Source: Psammoneis japonica (taxonomy: Eukaryota). Taken from it: DNA of 64,000 bases. The notes under the pieces were generated by a model. It searched no databases and was not told the origin of the DNA. It saw only the letters and a list, made by a program, of their open reading frames with translations. Made by a program: the position numbers and the translations under genes. The stretch lies in assembly GCA_008632985.1 (NCBI GenBank), contig QPGO01000077.1:310001-374000 (forward strand), in the 5' to 3' direction. This document shows, in pieces, positions 22,942 to 34,197 of the stretch (position 1 is the stretch's first letter; every line of letters starts with the position of its first letter).

Positions 22942-23628
22942 ATGGCAGGCCGCCGTAGCAGTGGCCGTAGCATAAAAGGAACCAGCCGACCCAACTCTCC
23001 CGACTCGACAAATGAGTCGATAGGCAGTAGTCCTCGAAGAAGACGTAGCCCAGGACCACCACAGCGGCGTAGAGGATCGTCGTCCCAAAAGCAGCGCACG
23101 GCGTTTAATCCAAGACTGATTTTCTCGCAGATAGTCGCGTTGCAGTGTTTTCATTACTTGATTCTCGGTTTTATCATCCAGTGTAACAGCGTCTTGTTTT
23201 CCACGTCCGTGACGGTGGACCGAATCTTTACCGCAAACTATGTCAATCTCTGGACCGCTCGCGGTTGGGCAGACAATTCGGCAATTCTCTTTTCCTCGCT
23301 CATCGGGTAAGTCGTGGGACTCACTTCTTGATGGCCGCATGTGGTGTTCGATGTTTTTAATCACAAAAGATTGTTGTGTACTTTCTCACTGTGCGCTATT
23401 TCCAGGGCCCTTCTTTTGGCAGTGATTGTTGAAAAGGCAAAGAAATGCCTTGATTTCTCTGTAACGTTGTTTCTCATTCACCTTGTGGTTTGCAGTATAT
23501 ACGACGGAGTGCCTAGAACTTGGGATTGGTGGATAATACATGTGCTTGGAACTATAATTATGATTGTATTGGGTGAATACCTGTGTTCGAGACGGGAGCT
23601 GAGTGAGATTCCACTCTTGACAATTTAG
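22942..23628 (+). CDS. SYS1: Golgi integral membrane protein SYS1, two exons
   Basis: FNPRLIFSQIVALQCFHY, IVEKAKKCLDF, WW..., LGEYLCSRRELSEIPL; intron 23307-23405. Confidence 0.88.
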
Positions 23629-23821
23629 CTAGAGATGACACGGCGTTTCACGGGTTGCTGAATCGAACGACGTCGCAAATTTATACTGACATTTTTGTAC
23701 AACAACACGACCAGTAGCGAGTGCAAAATCAGCATTTGTGGTGGATCCTGTATCTTAAGTCCTTGAAAGACTTTGTTTGTAGAAACTGGCATTACTGCTT
23801 GCTCTCGTTCTGCTCTTCGGC

Positions 23822-25338
23822 TCAAGTTTCCCACATGCTGTACTTCCTCCAAACATACGCACATTCCTCGTGAACAATTGCGTGCCTACGTGCAAGCGAG
23901 TCAACATCCTTGTCATACCCTCCACCTACCACAGCTGCAACGGGAATTCCATTTGTCACGCAAGTTTCCAAAACCCAACGATCGCGTCTTCGAATGCCTG
24001 CTTCCGTCACGTTCAAGCGGCCAAGAGTGTCATCTTTGTAAATATCGACTCCAGCATCATAGAGAACCAAATCTGGCTGTACTTCCTGGAGAGCTTTATT
24101 GACATTTTCTTCCAAAATTTTCATGTATTCGTCGTCCTCGCACCCATCTCGGAGTCCAATGTCATATGTCGAATATGCTTTCTGACGAGGATAGTTGGAT
24201 GCGCAATGAATGCTCAAGGTGGAGAGCCGTTGATTACCCAAGTCTCCAAACTTTGCCGTACCTGTCGGTTCAACAACATTTTAATAACAGTGGTTAGAAT
24301 CCCATTCTGAAGATCCGCCACTATTCCTTGAATCTCTCGTAAGAGAGGCTCTTGAGTCCATCAGATTGCATTCTGTGATTTTTTACAGATAGTTTTGATA
24401 AAATGCGACCCGAATTGTCGACGGATGGTCACAGAACACTCACCATCGCCCTGATGCACGTCGCAATCAAGCACCAAAACTCGGCTCACTCCTTGTACGC
24501 TTCCGCCGTTTAGCAATTCATCCGTAACAAAATTGGCGGTGACGGCAAGATCGTTCAAAATGGTATAGCCAGCCCCCATGTCTCGGTGAGCATGATGAGT
24601 CCCTCCTGCCACATTGGATGCAATCCCAAATCTCAACGCCAGTTGTGCAGCAAGCACCGTTCCTGCAACCTCCAAGACGGTTCGTTCCACAAGCTCTGGA
24701 CGAGATGTTTGTTCCCGGAATCCAATGTATCGTCGTTCTTGTTCATCCAATTCTCCCTTCAAGAAGCGATCCAGAAAATCCCCATTGATTGGACCCGTTG
24801 GTTCCGCAAAAAGTTCTCTTGGTATATCTATCATATCCAATGGTCGGAAAAAGTCTTCTTCGTTGCGTACAAGTGGTCTCGGGAGATTCGATTTGGGATG
24901 AGTTTTGGACGACGTCGTCAAGAGGGCATGGGCCAACCGAGCAAACTTGTCCATGGGAAAAGTATGATTTGGTGGCCAATTCGCGAACGAGTAGTTTTCG
25001 TGGTACACAATCGGAGCATGAAATCGATTTGTTGTCGGATCCAAACCGAGTCGCGACGCGGCCAAATTTTGATTCATTGTAAATACGCTAGTTGTGGACG
25101 AAACGGCGTCCGACACTTCCGCATGGGAGAAAAATCTATTTGAATGTGAATTCCACCTGGACTTTGAAAGAAGCGGATCTTGAACTAATACACCAGTTGT
25201 AGATGCACTTTGACGACACGGCGAGGGGTTTCGAGGCGTCGTCCGATGCCTCACAGATTGAAGAGAACGCACCATCAGACAATGATGACTTCTGAATGCG
25301 GGAACTAGCGAGACCGACATGATGGCCATTAACTTCAT
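23822..25338 (-). CDS. Histone deacetylase superfamily protein (class IV/AcuC-like) with organelle-like N-terminal extension, two exons
   Basis: HTFPMDKF, GGTHHA, GYTILNDLA, LDCDVHQGDG, YDAGVD...DTLGRL, GGGY; intron ~24316-24443. Confidence 0.9.
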
Positions 25339-25467
25339 TTGTCGAACAAAATCTCGTCAAAGCATAGTAACCTCTCGTGACAAGGAATGAGGAACGGAAG
25401 ATGACGACTGAGCAGGAAAAAGCGAAGGCCATGTCCGCCACTGACGACGAAGGTCGAAGGTCGCCAG

Positions 25468-25552
25468 ATCAGAAAACCGCGATTTTAGTCACGAATCACG
25501 TAGATTTCTACAAAAGTGGTACTGACGACATTGGCAATTTCAGTCGTGAGTT
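25468..25552. repeat. ~85-bp diverged direct repeat, copy 1 (upstream of HDAC)
   Basis: ATCAGAAA...TTTTAGTCACGAATCACGTA-ATTTCTACA...GGCAATTT..AGTCGTGAGTT recurs at 33993-34081. Confidence 0.8.
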
Positions 25553-25813
25553 CGATGCATGCCGTTTCTATGTAGAGTTTCTATAAAATGTCTTTTCGGT
25601 AGAAGACAAGCAGGTGTGGTAAAAGGGTCTGCGGGAAATCGCGGATTGAGGCGAAAAACGCACATAAATCTTGCAGAAATGTGACGAATGCGGGTCCGGT
25701 CTTACTTATCTTACGGACGCCTGCCAGGTAGGCCTAAGCTGTCGAAGCCAATTGCATCTACAATGTCAGGCTAGAGATTACAAACTGTGCTATTTAGAAA
25801 AACAGAACAATGC

Positions 25814-27128
25814 CTACAAGTAATCATCATCATCTTTGAGGTTGCCCTTGCTGTCCGAATCGGAGTCCATGTCATCACAGCCGCTGACGTGCTCTCCCGC
25901 CGCCGCTGCACGTCCGCACTGTGCCTCACGACTGCGCCTCGCTTCCTTCTTGGCAATTGCAGCATCTAGAGGGGACTGACCAAGAAACTTGATCCTTTCA
26001 ACTGCCTCACCCTCTTCTGGTGGCTTCTCCACCGCCACCAGCTCCATCGAAAGGAGCATGTGACCTTGCGCCTGCTCCACAAGTTCTTCGTTGTCATGAA
26101 CAAATGCTTCGAGCTTCCAACCGGCCTTGCTGCTTGTAGAACAAAAATCACTCTCACAGGGGAATGGAAGGCGAACAGTGTGGGGGCGGCAGAGAACCAC
26201 ACGGTGTTTGCCGTCACCAACGGTCTCTTCAATGCCTTGAGACTTGAGCAGCGCCTGCCCGGCTTGCTCGATTCCGCTTTCCTTCAGGACTTGGTCTTCT
26301 GTAGAGAGCCTAGAAGTGAGAACAGATTCGCGCACACGATCCTTCTTAAACATCCAAGAAGGGATGCGCTCATTGACAATCACCTTGGCGCCGCAATCAG
26401 ACACCTTCGGGTGCCAGTGTGACGTGGCGAAAGGCGGGACAAGGACATCCACGGTCACGTGCATGCGCTTGTCGGACGCCGCCCACGGAGACGCTAAGAA
26501 AAAGTGGCCACACTCACGAGTCATCACTCCCTTCTTCACAAAGGCGTCTGCCTTCTTGTTGCTCCCCACCTTCTTCTTGCTAGAAGACGAAATCGCAGCA
26601 GATGACTTGAACTTTGACGCAAGGTCGTTGTTCACGTCTTGGGACTTCTTGGGGGCAGTCTTTGTCTTGCCCGGCATGCTGGTGCCAAATTCCTCGTCAC
26701 TTGAGCATGCGCCTTCGTCTTCTGAGGATTCGTCTTCGGTTTCCTCTTCCTCGCTTGACTCCTCTTGGTCTTTCACTTCTTCCTCGGTGCGTCGCTTGGT
26801 GCCTGTGGTGAGTCGTGCAATCAAAGCAGATGCCGGCAGACGATGGCATGAGCACAAGAACAACAAAACAAGCAAGAATGGCATTGTTGTGGTGCTCACC
26901 TTGCTTCCGCCTGCCTGCAAGAAGTTCGTCGACTTCCAACTGCTTGCACTTCTTGCGGCACTGCTGAGCGAAAGTCTGACACTTCGGAAGGTCACTGAAG
27001 TGCTTCTCGTACACCTTCTTGACGTGTTGCAAGTCAATGAGCTGCGGATCAATCTCACCAGCTTTGACAAGCTCTGCAAGCCTTTTGTTGTGTTCTTTCG
27101 TCCAACGAGCAGAGCTGCCGTTGCTCAT
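25814..27128 (-). pseudogene. Harbinger accessory gene (putative DNA-binding N-terminus, acidic tract), likely two exons, mutated
   Basis: Exon 1 from MSNGSSARWTKEHNKRLAELV...; long exon 2 open to 25814. Lies inside the TIRs; almost no Tyr codons. Confidence 0.55.
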
Positions 27129-27897
27129 GGCGTTCGCCGTGGCTTCCTCCTGTTGTGGGTTGTGGGCCGTGTTGAGTGTGCCGTGTGAACAGCAAACAGC
27201 AGAGCTGCTTTGGTTTTTCTGAAACGATCGATCAACAAGACTGACACCAATGGACAAATGGCGCGATCTCCAGTGTGTCTCTATGACGAACTCGTGAAAA
27301 CGACATTTTTATCACACATTTTTGGGCCCCCAATTATGTGGGCTGTTTGGTTGTGTCACAGCTTTTCGACAAAAAACTTTGATGGCGCAACTTTGGCTTT
27401 GCATGCAACCCGGACATTACGCAGAATCACCGCTGGCAGCTACGTCACACAAAGACCCGGATGTAAAGCTTTGGTCACAGTTTTTCGCTGCACATCCGGG
27501 TTCTCTAAGCTCGTGTAGAAAGTGTGCTGAGAATCCTGCAGGATTGAAGAAGAAACCCGGATGTGCAGCGAAATGTCTGTGGCCACAACTTTCCGTTGAG
27601 CCAAAGTTTTGTCACACTTTCTAAAAATGTGTGGTAGAAAACGCGCGAGCTCGCCTAAAAAAAAATGCGTCTTTTCCATGCAAGAGCTGCAAAAACATCC
27701 AACTGCATCACGTCGTGCACCCAGCAAACGAGGGATCTACGCATCATGGAGGCAGCATCCCACGTGCGCACCACGCAGCAGTGCCACTACGGTCCACACT
27801 GGAAGACATCCCAGTCCCACCAATCGTTGAGATTTTGTTGTTGCGCTTCACGCTTCATGCTGAGACAACATCATTTTGCTCCGGCCCACCACTCGCC

Positions 27898-28901
27898 ATG
27901 GCCGCTTTTCAACCAGATAAAAAGAGGATGCACTGGCTTGCCCTCGGACTGCAGGACCTCATGAATTTGGGGTGTGGAATGATGAACAGAGGCGACAAGA
28001 AGTTTGGCGCCACAATGACCGAGGACAGGCGTTTTCGTGAGTTTTTTGGTTGCGGCCCAATCGTGGCTCTCGCGCTGTGGAACCTCCTTGTCCACCACGA
28101 CGTGCTGCCCCACGGAGCAAATGCCTGCCACATGCTGTGGGCACTTAATTTTTTGAAATCTGATGGCAAGGAAACTGACCTTGCCGGCAAAGCTGGGGGA
28201 GTCGACGAAAAAACTTTCCGAACGTGGAAGTGGCCAATGATTGAGGCCATTGCATCACTCGAGCCACACTTGGCAAGTGCCCAATTGCGACAACATTTCC
28301 ACATGTTTCAAAAAATTGATTCTCACCCGCATCATTTGTGTTGTTGTTTGTTCTGCCCAGACAATTTGGGAGAATCGCCGCACTGGTGACGTCAGAAACG
28401 ATTGTCCAGTCACTGTGGACGGAACAGACTTTCGTGTCCCGAATCACGGCAGGAAGTTTTACTCTCATAAATTCAACGACTGCGGACTTCGTTACGAAAG
28501 CAGCAGCATGCATTTTGACCGGTCACATTGTGTGGATTAATGGGCCCTTTGCGCCTGGCGTGTACAACGACTTGGACATTTTTCGATCGGCATTGAAGAC
28601 GGAACTGGACAAGGGGGAATGCGCAGAGGCTGACGATGGGCACGTGGGTGAGTCCCCCATCTATGTTAAGTGCCCCAGCAGTTTTGCAAACCCGAAGGAG
28701 ATGGAAGAAATGCAGAGGCGTGCTCTTGATCGACAGGAGACGTGCAACGAACGCTTCAAAAATTGGACAATTCTGGAGAAAAGGTTTCGCCACAAACCAC
28801 TGTCGAAGCATGCCGATGCATTTCGGGCTGTGGCTGTCACAACACAGCTTGCGATTCAAAATGGTGAACCGCTTTTTAATGTAGATTACAAGGATCTATA
28901 A
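27898..28901 (+). pseudogene. PIF/Harbinger DDE transposase (intron ~28273-28360, frameshifted, mutated)
   Basis: DRRFREFFG, HMLWALNFLK, DEKTFRTW, VTVDGTDF, YSHKF...LRYE, GHIVWINGPF..G...D, EADDGH, RQETCNERFKNW..L...FRH. Confidence 0.85.
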
Positions 28902-29603
28902 TTAGATGGGACAATTTTCTTTAGAAACATCATTTTTCTTTATTCCAGCCCTGCAAACAGACAGTGAACCAAAGTTGGTGCCATCCACAGCAAATTGGTG
29001 TCCACCAGTTGAAGGTGTCAAGCCTGGCACAGCACCAATGCTCGGCGACGGCGCAGGGACTCGACGGCTTTCACGACATGCCGCAGTTTCCGATTCTGAG
29101 AACATGATGGTGCGCAAGGCAACCTCAAAAGCAACAATGAGTGTTTCTATAAAGGCCTGGGCACTGTTCTCTTTTTGCAAAACAGCACAGTTCGTAATCT
29201 CTAGGCTGAAATCGCACCGGTGCCACTGCCAGATGCAATGTGTTGTCACACCACTTCCAACATTTCTGCTGTAGATTTTTTGCGTTTTTCGCCTCAATCC
29301 GCGATTTCCCGCAGACCCAAAAAGGATGTTTGTTGGATGTGATCAAAGAAAAACAAAATGCAACAGTGGCGCAGGACCGAACGAGATGGGTCATGATGGC
29401 TGAGTCGGCCATGCATCATGGAAGCTGGTCAGTTTTCGCGCGAAATCTTTGCGTGGAATTTCTGGATTCATTCTGCTCGAGCCTCTGCTCCAACAGCTAG
29501 AAGTGGCTGCCAGCCACTTTGCTGCTCCATGTCGATCCTCCACAACACATCAACAAAGAGCGCCATGAGAATCCAGTGGGTGGGCTGTGCCTGTCTCTGA
29601 AAG

Positions 29604-31469
29604 ATGGAGGACGCCACTGCCAAGGGCAGCGCAAGAGACGAAGAATTCATTGAAGACTTGGCGGGTGCGATCCTGAGTGGGACTGTGGGCGAATTTGTCA
29701 AAGACCAACGGGATGATGAGTTCGCTGCCGATGTAAAAGCCAACAACAATGACGAGTCTCTTCTGTTTCTCAACTCATTGACTTCCTTCAAGGAGTGCTG
29801 GAAGCTCCAAACTGGACATTGTGACGCTCCGATCATCGTTGACGTGGAACTCACTGGTCAGGAAGTTCATTTCCCTTCTCTTGAAGATCACTTGGTCAAT
29901 CTAGTGGCTTCTTGCACATGCCACCACCCTGAACTGGAGGATGCCAAGAACAGCACAACACACATGAGAAACAATGAGAAAGTGGCAATGTTCTTCGGTT
30001 CGGCCTTTGTTCATGGCTGCACTGGGGATGCGGGACCTGATGCGTTGTCCACAGCAGCTAGACACTTGCACGGTGCCATTTCCATGCACTGTTGTGGAGA
30101 CAATTGCCTGGATGACCCCATGCACTGGTTGCTTTTCATGGTTTGGTTTCAGCTTGGAATGCACTGCACGCTCTTCTCTCTTGCCGAGAAAGAAAAAAAT
30201 CCCAAGTCATTTGCGCAAGCAAGCCACTCACAATCGAAGAGTTGGATTGAGGAACACCCTTTGAGGACGTGACAGTGAAACCTCCGGAAAAGGCATTCTG
30301 CATTTTTGTTTCACATTGCTGGCTTGCAAAGGGCCACCCAGATCCCAACAGGATGGAAAAAGATTGGCTCCTGCCACTTTTCAAGCGCACACAGTCACTT
30401 GTGGATTTTCTTGGCAACCCGGCAAAAAAGGAGCTGTCGGCGATTGCGCGAGACTGCGCGGACTGTTCTGCCACTGGAAGTGCAAGCAAGGAAGAAGGAA
30501 ATGATGGTGCCACTGCCCTGGCTTCCGTCACGGCAGTGGCCACATCGGTGGAGCTCTTCTGGGCCACATTCTTCCTTGCCCGTGGGCAGAAAAATGTGCA
30601 GACATGGTGTGATTTCCAGTCTGTGCCTCAGGGACAAGATCCTGCTTCCAGAGAGCTGCACAAGAAATGTCTTGATGAAATTGAGTTGGTTTGCCAAACT
30701 GTGCCAGCACTTGCGATCCCGACTTGTGACTGCTTCTCCCAAGCCTGGTGCATTTTTGAGTGCCTCCAGTGCCTCATTGGTGAACAACCATTCCTTCGGT
30801 TTACAAACGGGGCAGGTGAAGTGTCGCAAGGGATTTGAAACAACTGGATCCTTCAAATGGAAGGGATCCATGGCAGGTTTTGCACCCTCATGGAGCAGGG
30901 AGACAAGCCGGGAATGGTGCTTGAGCAAGTCGGACTCCAGTGTGCAAACGGGGGGGGGGGGGGGCGACCTGGCATTTCTTTCTGGAGCTCTTGAGAGTCA
31001 ATCAAAGGCAGGACGTCACTGCAACTGTCTGGTGAAGATGCATCCCTTGGAAATGGCACATTGCATTTTTCTCAATGACATCATTGATGACAACGATCGA
31101 GTCGAAAAGTGCCGTGCACCATTTGAGTTTTTGACAAAGCTCCGCGCGTCAGCGCGTCTTGTCATTTCTGACACCCCGCAGATTGATGGCAGCCATGAAT
31201 GCAAAAATGCCGTTTCTCTCCAATGGAGCCATCCTCCCGTGGGAGTGGAATGCCTTCCAGGTGCAAAAGAAGATTGGGACACACCTGGATTTGAGGATGA
31301 CATTGTGAAGCTGTTTCAGATGATGCGATCCATTGGAGCATTCCATCGGCACGGGCAAAAGAGTTGTGATGTTGAATGCGATCAGCTCAAAGTGTCGTTG
31401 GAGGACGCGGTGAATCAAACTCCTTGGCACACCATTAAAATTTGTTTTGGAAGCATGAGAACAAGTTGA
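29604..31469 (+). pseudogene. Decayed gene with HET-like (heterokaryon incompatibility) domain
   Basis: FVSHCW...HPDP, WCDFQSVPQ and CFSQAWCIFEC match the SHxW / WxDxxxxPQ / YxxRxWCxxE pattern once Tyr/Arg are restored. Frameshifts ~30270 and ~30830; no Tyr in the overlapping ORFs. Confidence 0.6.
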
Positions 31470-31850
31470 CAGCAAAACGATCTCCATGCTTGGCACCATT
31501 GTCTGAACAAACATTGTTTTTCCCGACTGTGCGCAACATTGCGATTTTGCTTGCACAACAGTGCTCATCATCCAAGACAGTGTCATTGCCCCTTGACATG
31601 CCTCTCACATTTCAACTCCAACGAACCCACTCGCACACAAGACACACCTTGTGTTGCTCTCATCCATCATCGTTCTCTGGCAGATGAGCAAACTCTCACA
31701 GCAACTGCTGCTGCCACACCAAGCAATGAAAGACGTCATGTCCTCTTGTTGGGCCTTGGCATTTAGTGCACACTTCCTGTCCTTTGCATTCTCAAGTCAA
31801 ACAGTGGCGTGGCAGTCCATGTTGCCTTTGCCACCAGTGTCGGTTGGACC

Positions 31851-31934
31851 GACATTCCATTGCTGAGTCGTGACGATGAAAACTGCATTTCAATGACATT
31901 CCATTGCTGTCGTGATGATGAAAACTGCATTTCA
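31851..31934. repeat. Tandem duplication of ~43 bp
   Basis: GACATTCCATTGCTG(AG)TCGTGAYGATGAAAACTGCATTTCA twice. Confidence 0.85.
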
Positions 31935-32614
31935 GACCGCGGTTTTTTGCTGCACAGAAAACAAACGGGGCTGGTGTGAGCACCCCAGCAGCGAGTGTAA
32001 ATGAACAAGTGTTGTCTCTTCGGGGGAAGAGTGTGTTTGTTGAATGTAACCAAAGAAAAACAAAATGCAATGGCGGCGCAGGATCGAATGAGACGGGTGT
32101 TTGGACAACTCGGAGAGCATGCGTCAGAATTTGATTGGACAGTCGACTGCATCCCACGACATGTTGAATGCTCCCAACCATGGCGTTCCTTGATGGCATG
32201 TTCAAGAAAGTTTTGTCTTTGATGGCCCCAATGCTCAATGATCCACACGCTGGACATCCGTTTCTGGGGGACTCTTCCGCTTCTCAGAGTTGAAGGATTT
32301 TGGGGGGGATGACTGGCATGTGTCCATCAGATTGATTTGTCCAACAGTGCAATCAGAGGAAGTGAATTAATCCACAAAAGTCAAGCCTCAAAAATTGGCA
32401 CCAGATTTTGAATGTGCACCATCTGCAGGTTTTGTGTGATTCAAAATGAAACAGCAGAATGAATTGGCTGGGAGATCATTGCCATTCAGCTGTCTTGTTT
32501 TGTGTGGCACCAGAAGGGGACAATTGGTGCAAAGTGGCTGCAACAATGCAAAACTGAAACTGGGGTGTGTGCATCATTTTGCACCTGGCTCTCCAACACA
32601 TCTCCTTTGCTTTT

Positions 32615-33480
32615 TCAGCAGCTGTTCACAATGTTGCATTGCCGAGAAGCGAGTGGGCTAAACCAATGCACCGAGAGAGCAAAAAGAGCAATGGCTGTTA
32701 CAAAACTGATGGGAACAGGTCCATTGTCCATGCAAGAAGCAGAAGGAGAGCTGCCAGGCACAGCTTGCAGCTTCCTGAATGGTGGGTGCAGTGGAAGGAG
32801 CAGTTGAAGAAATGACTTCCGGGACTGTGGGGGGTTCAGAAGGAGAGGGGAAGAAACATCAGCCATGATGATGGGAGACTCGGAAAGAGAGGTGACTGTG
32901 GGGGGCTCAGAAGGAGAGGGGGGGGAAACATCAGCCATGACAGTGGGGGATTTGGAAAGAGAGGCAGAAGGAGAGGAGGAAGAAACTTCAACCTTGTTGA
33001 CAGTTGGGGACTCGGAAGGAGAACTGGAAGCAATGGCTCCCCCACGACCGAGGGGGAAGCAGAAGGGGAGCTGGAAGGAAATGGTCCATCAATGGTGGGT
33101 GCAGTGGAAGGAGTGATGGGAGCATCTTCTTTGCAGGTGCTGGTGAAGTTGCATCTGCCCTGAGCAGTGTCAGCCATTGGACAGCCCACCAGCACCTCCA
33201 ATTCATCCAAACAACCTTCACAGCAGGGGCTGGAGCAGAACTCGATCACATCACATGCGGGCTTGAAAACCCCACAGCTGGTGCCTGGGGGCTGAGGGAG
33301 AATGTCAATGACACTGAGGCAATTTTCACAATCCATCTCCTCTTGATTTATGAGAGTGCATGTGAGGGCTCTGTCTGTCTCAGAACTGCACTCATTTTGA
33401 GACTCGGCTGTCGTGGCAGTCAGAAGAGAAACAACTGTGAGGATCCAAGGGGTGTTCTTTGTGAAAAGCTCCATCATCAT
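32615..33480 (-). pseudogene. Decayed secreted/surface protein: signal peptide, Cys-rich domain, Pro/Ser repeats, C-terminal hydrophobic tail
   Basis: MMMELF...WILTVVSLLTATTAES, a Cys-rich block, PSTAPT/PSASPS repeats with ~70-bp tandem units at 32820-32965; frameshifted. Confidence 0.5.
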
Positions 33481-33992
33481 TGGTGTGTGTTGCAACAAGA
33501 AGCATTTTGGAAGGGTTTGGTTGTCGGGGTTTGGGTTTTGTCGAACGATGTTGGACGTGCTCGGCAGCAGCGGTGTGCTGGTGCCGCCAGAGTCCAGAGT
33601 GACTCTAATTCGGCATGGCGCAGATTGCACCCTGACCAACCAGCATGCAGCCAGGGAAAAAGTGGTGCAACAGCAGTGGCGCCCATGCTGGTTTGCTCAT
33701 TGATGAGATCTCCTTGGAGATCTGCAGCCATCTGCTGGTGCGCAGTTTTGGCTTTGTCTCTCTTGAGAGAGAGGAGGTGTGAGAGGAACATTGTGTGTCT
33801 TTCATCATGAGTTTTGTCATTGGATCAACAGGAGAAGGAGGAGCAGTGCTCTGTTGTTATCTCTGCTGCATCTTCTTGTGTCCTTTGCTCCTTTTGTGCT
33901 TCCTGTGGATGGGGTGGCACCACTTGTCCAAGGGCAGGAAAAACGGAAAAACCCGTTTTGGTTAAATCAAAGAGGGAAGGCGCTTCCATGAA

Positions 33993-34081
33993 ATCAGAAA
34001 CGCGCGCTTTTAGTCACGAATCACGTATATTTCTACAGAACCTGTACTGTCAGTGTCGGCGGCAATTTTAAGTCGTGAGTT
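33993..34081. repeat. ~85-bp diverged direct repeat, copy 2 (upstream of deaminase gene)
   Basis: Matches 25468-25552 in the same orientation. Confidence 0.8.
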
Positions 34082-34197
34082 GCAGCGGCCGCTCTCCGGT
34101 GCGCCAGTGCAATGAGTTGTCGATCTTTCGTCGGCGTTGCGCAAAAACGACGGCCCGAGCCTATCAGTAATGTAGTAAAAACGAAATCGACGTGAAA

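Larger units (their letters stand above)
25625..29318. mobile_element. PIF/Harbinger-like DNA transposon with TIRs, 3-bp TSD and two divergent genes
   Basis: TIR GGGTCTGCGGGAAATCGCGGATTGAGGCGAAAAACGCA at both ends in inverted orientation; AAA on both flanks; DDE transposase plus an accessory gene. Confidence 0.88.

Noticed and set aside
26244..27188. 314-aa plus-strand ORF inside the Harbinger element
   Set aside because: Ser/Leu-rich antisense shadow of the minus-strand accessory gene.
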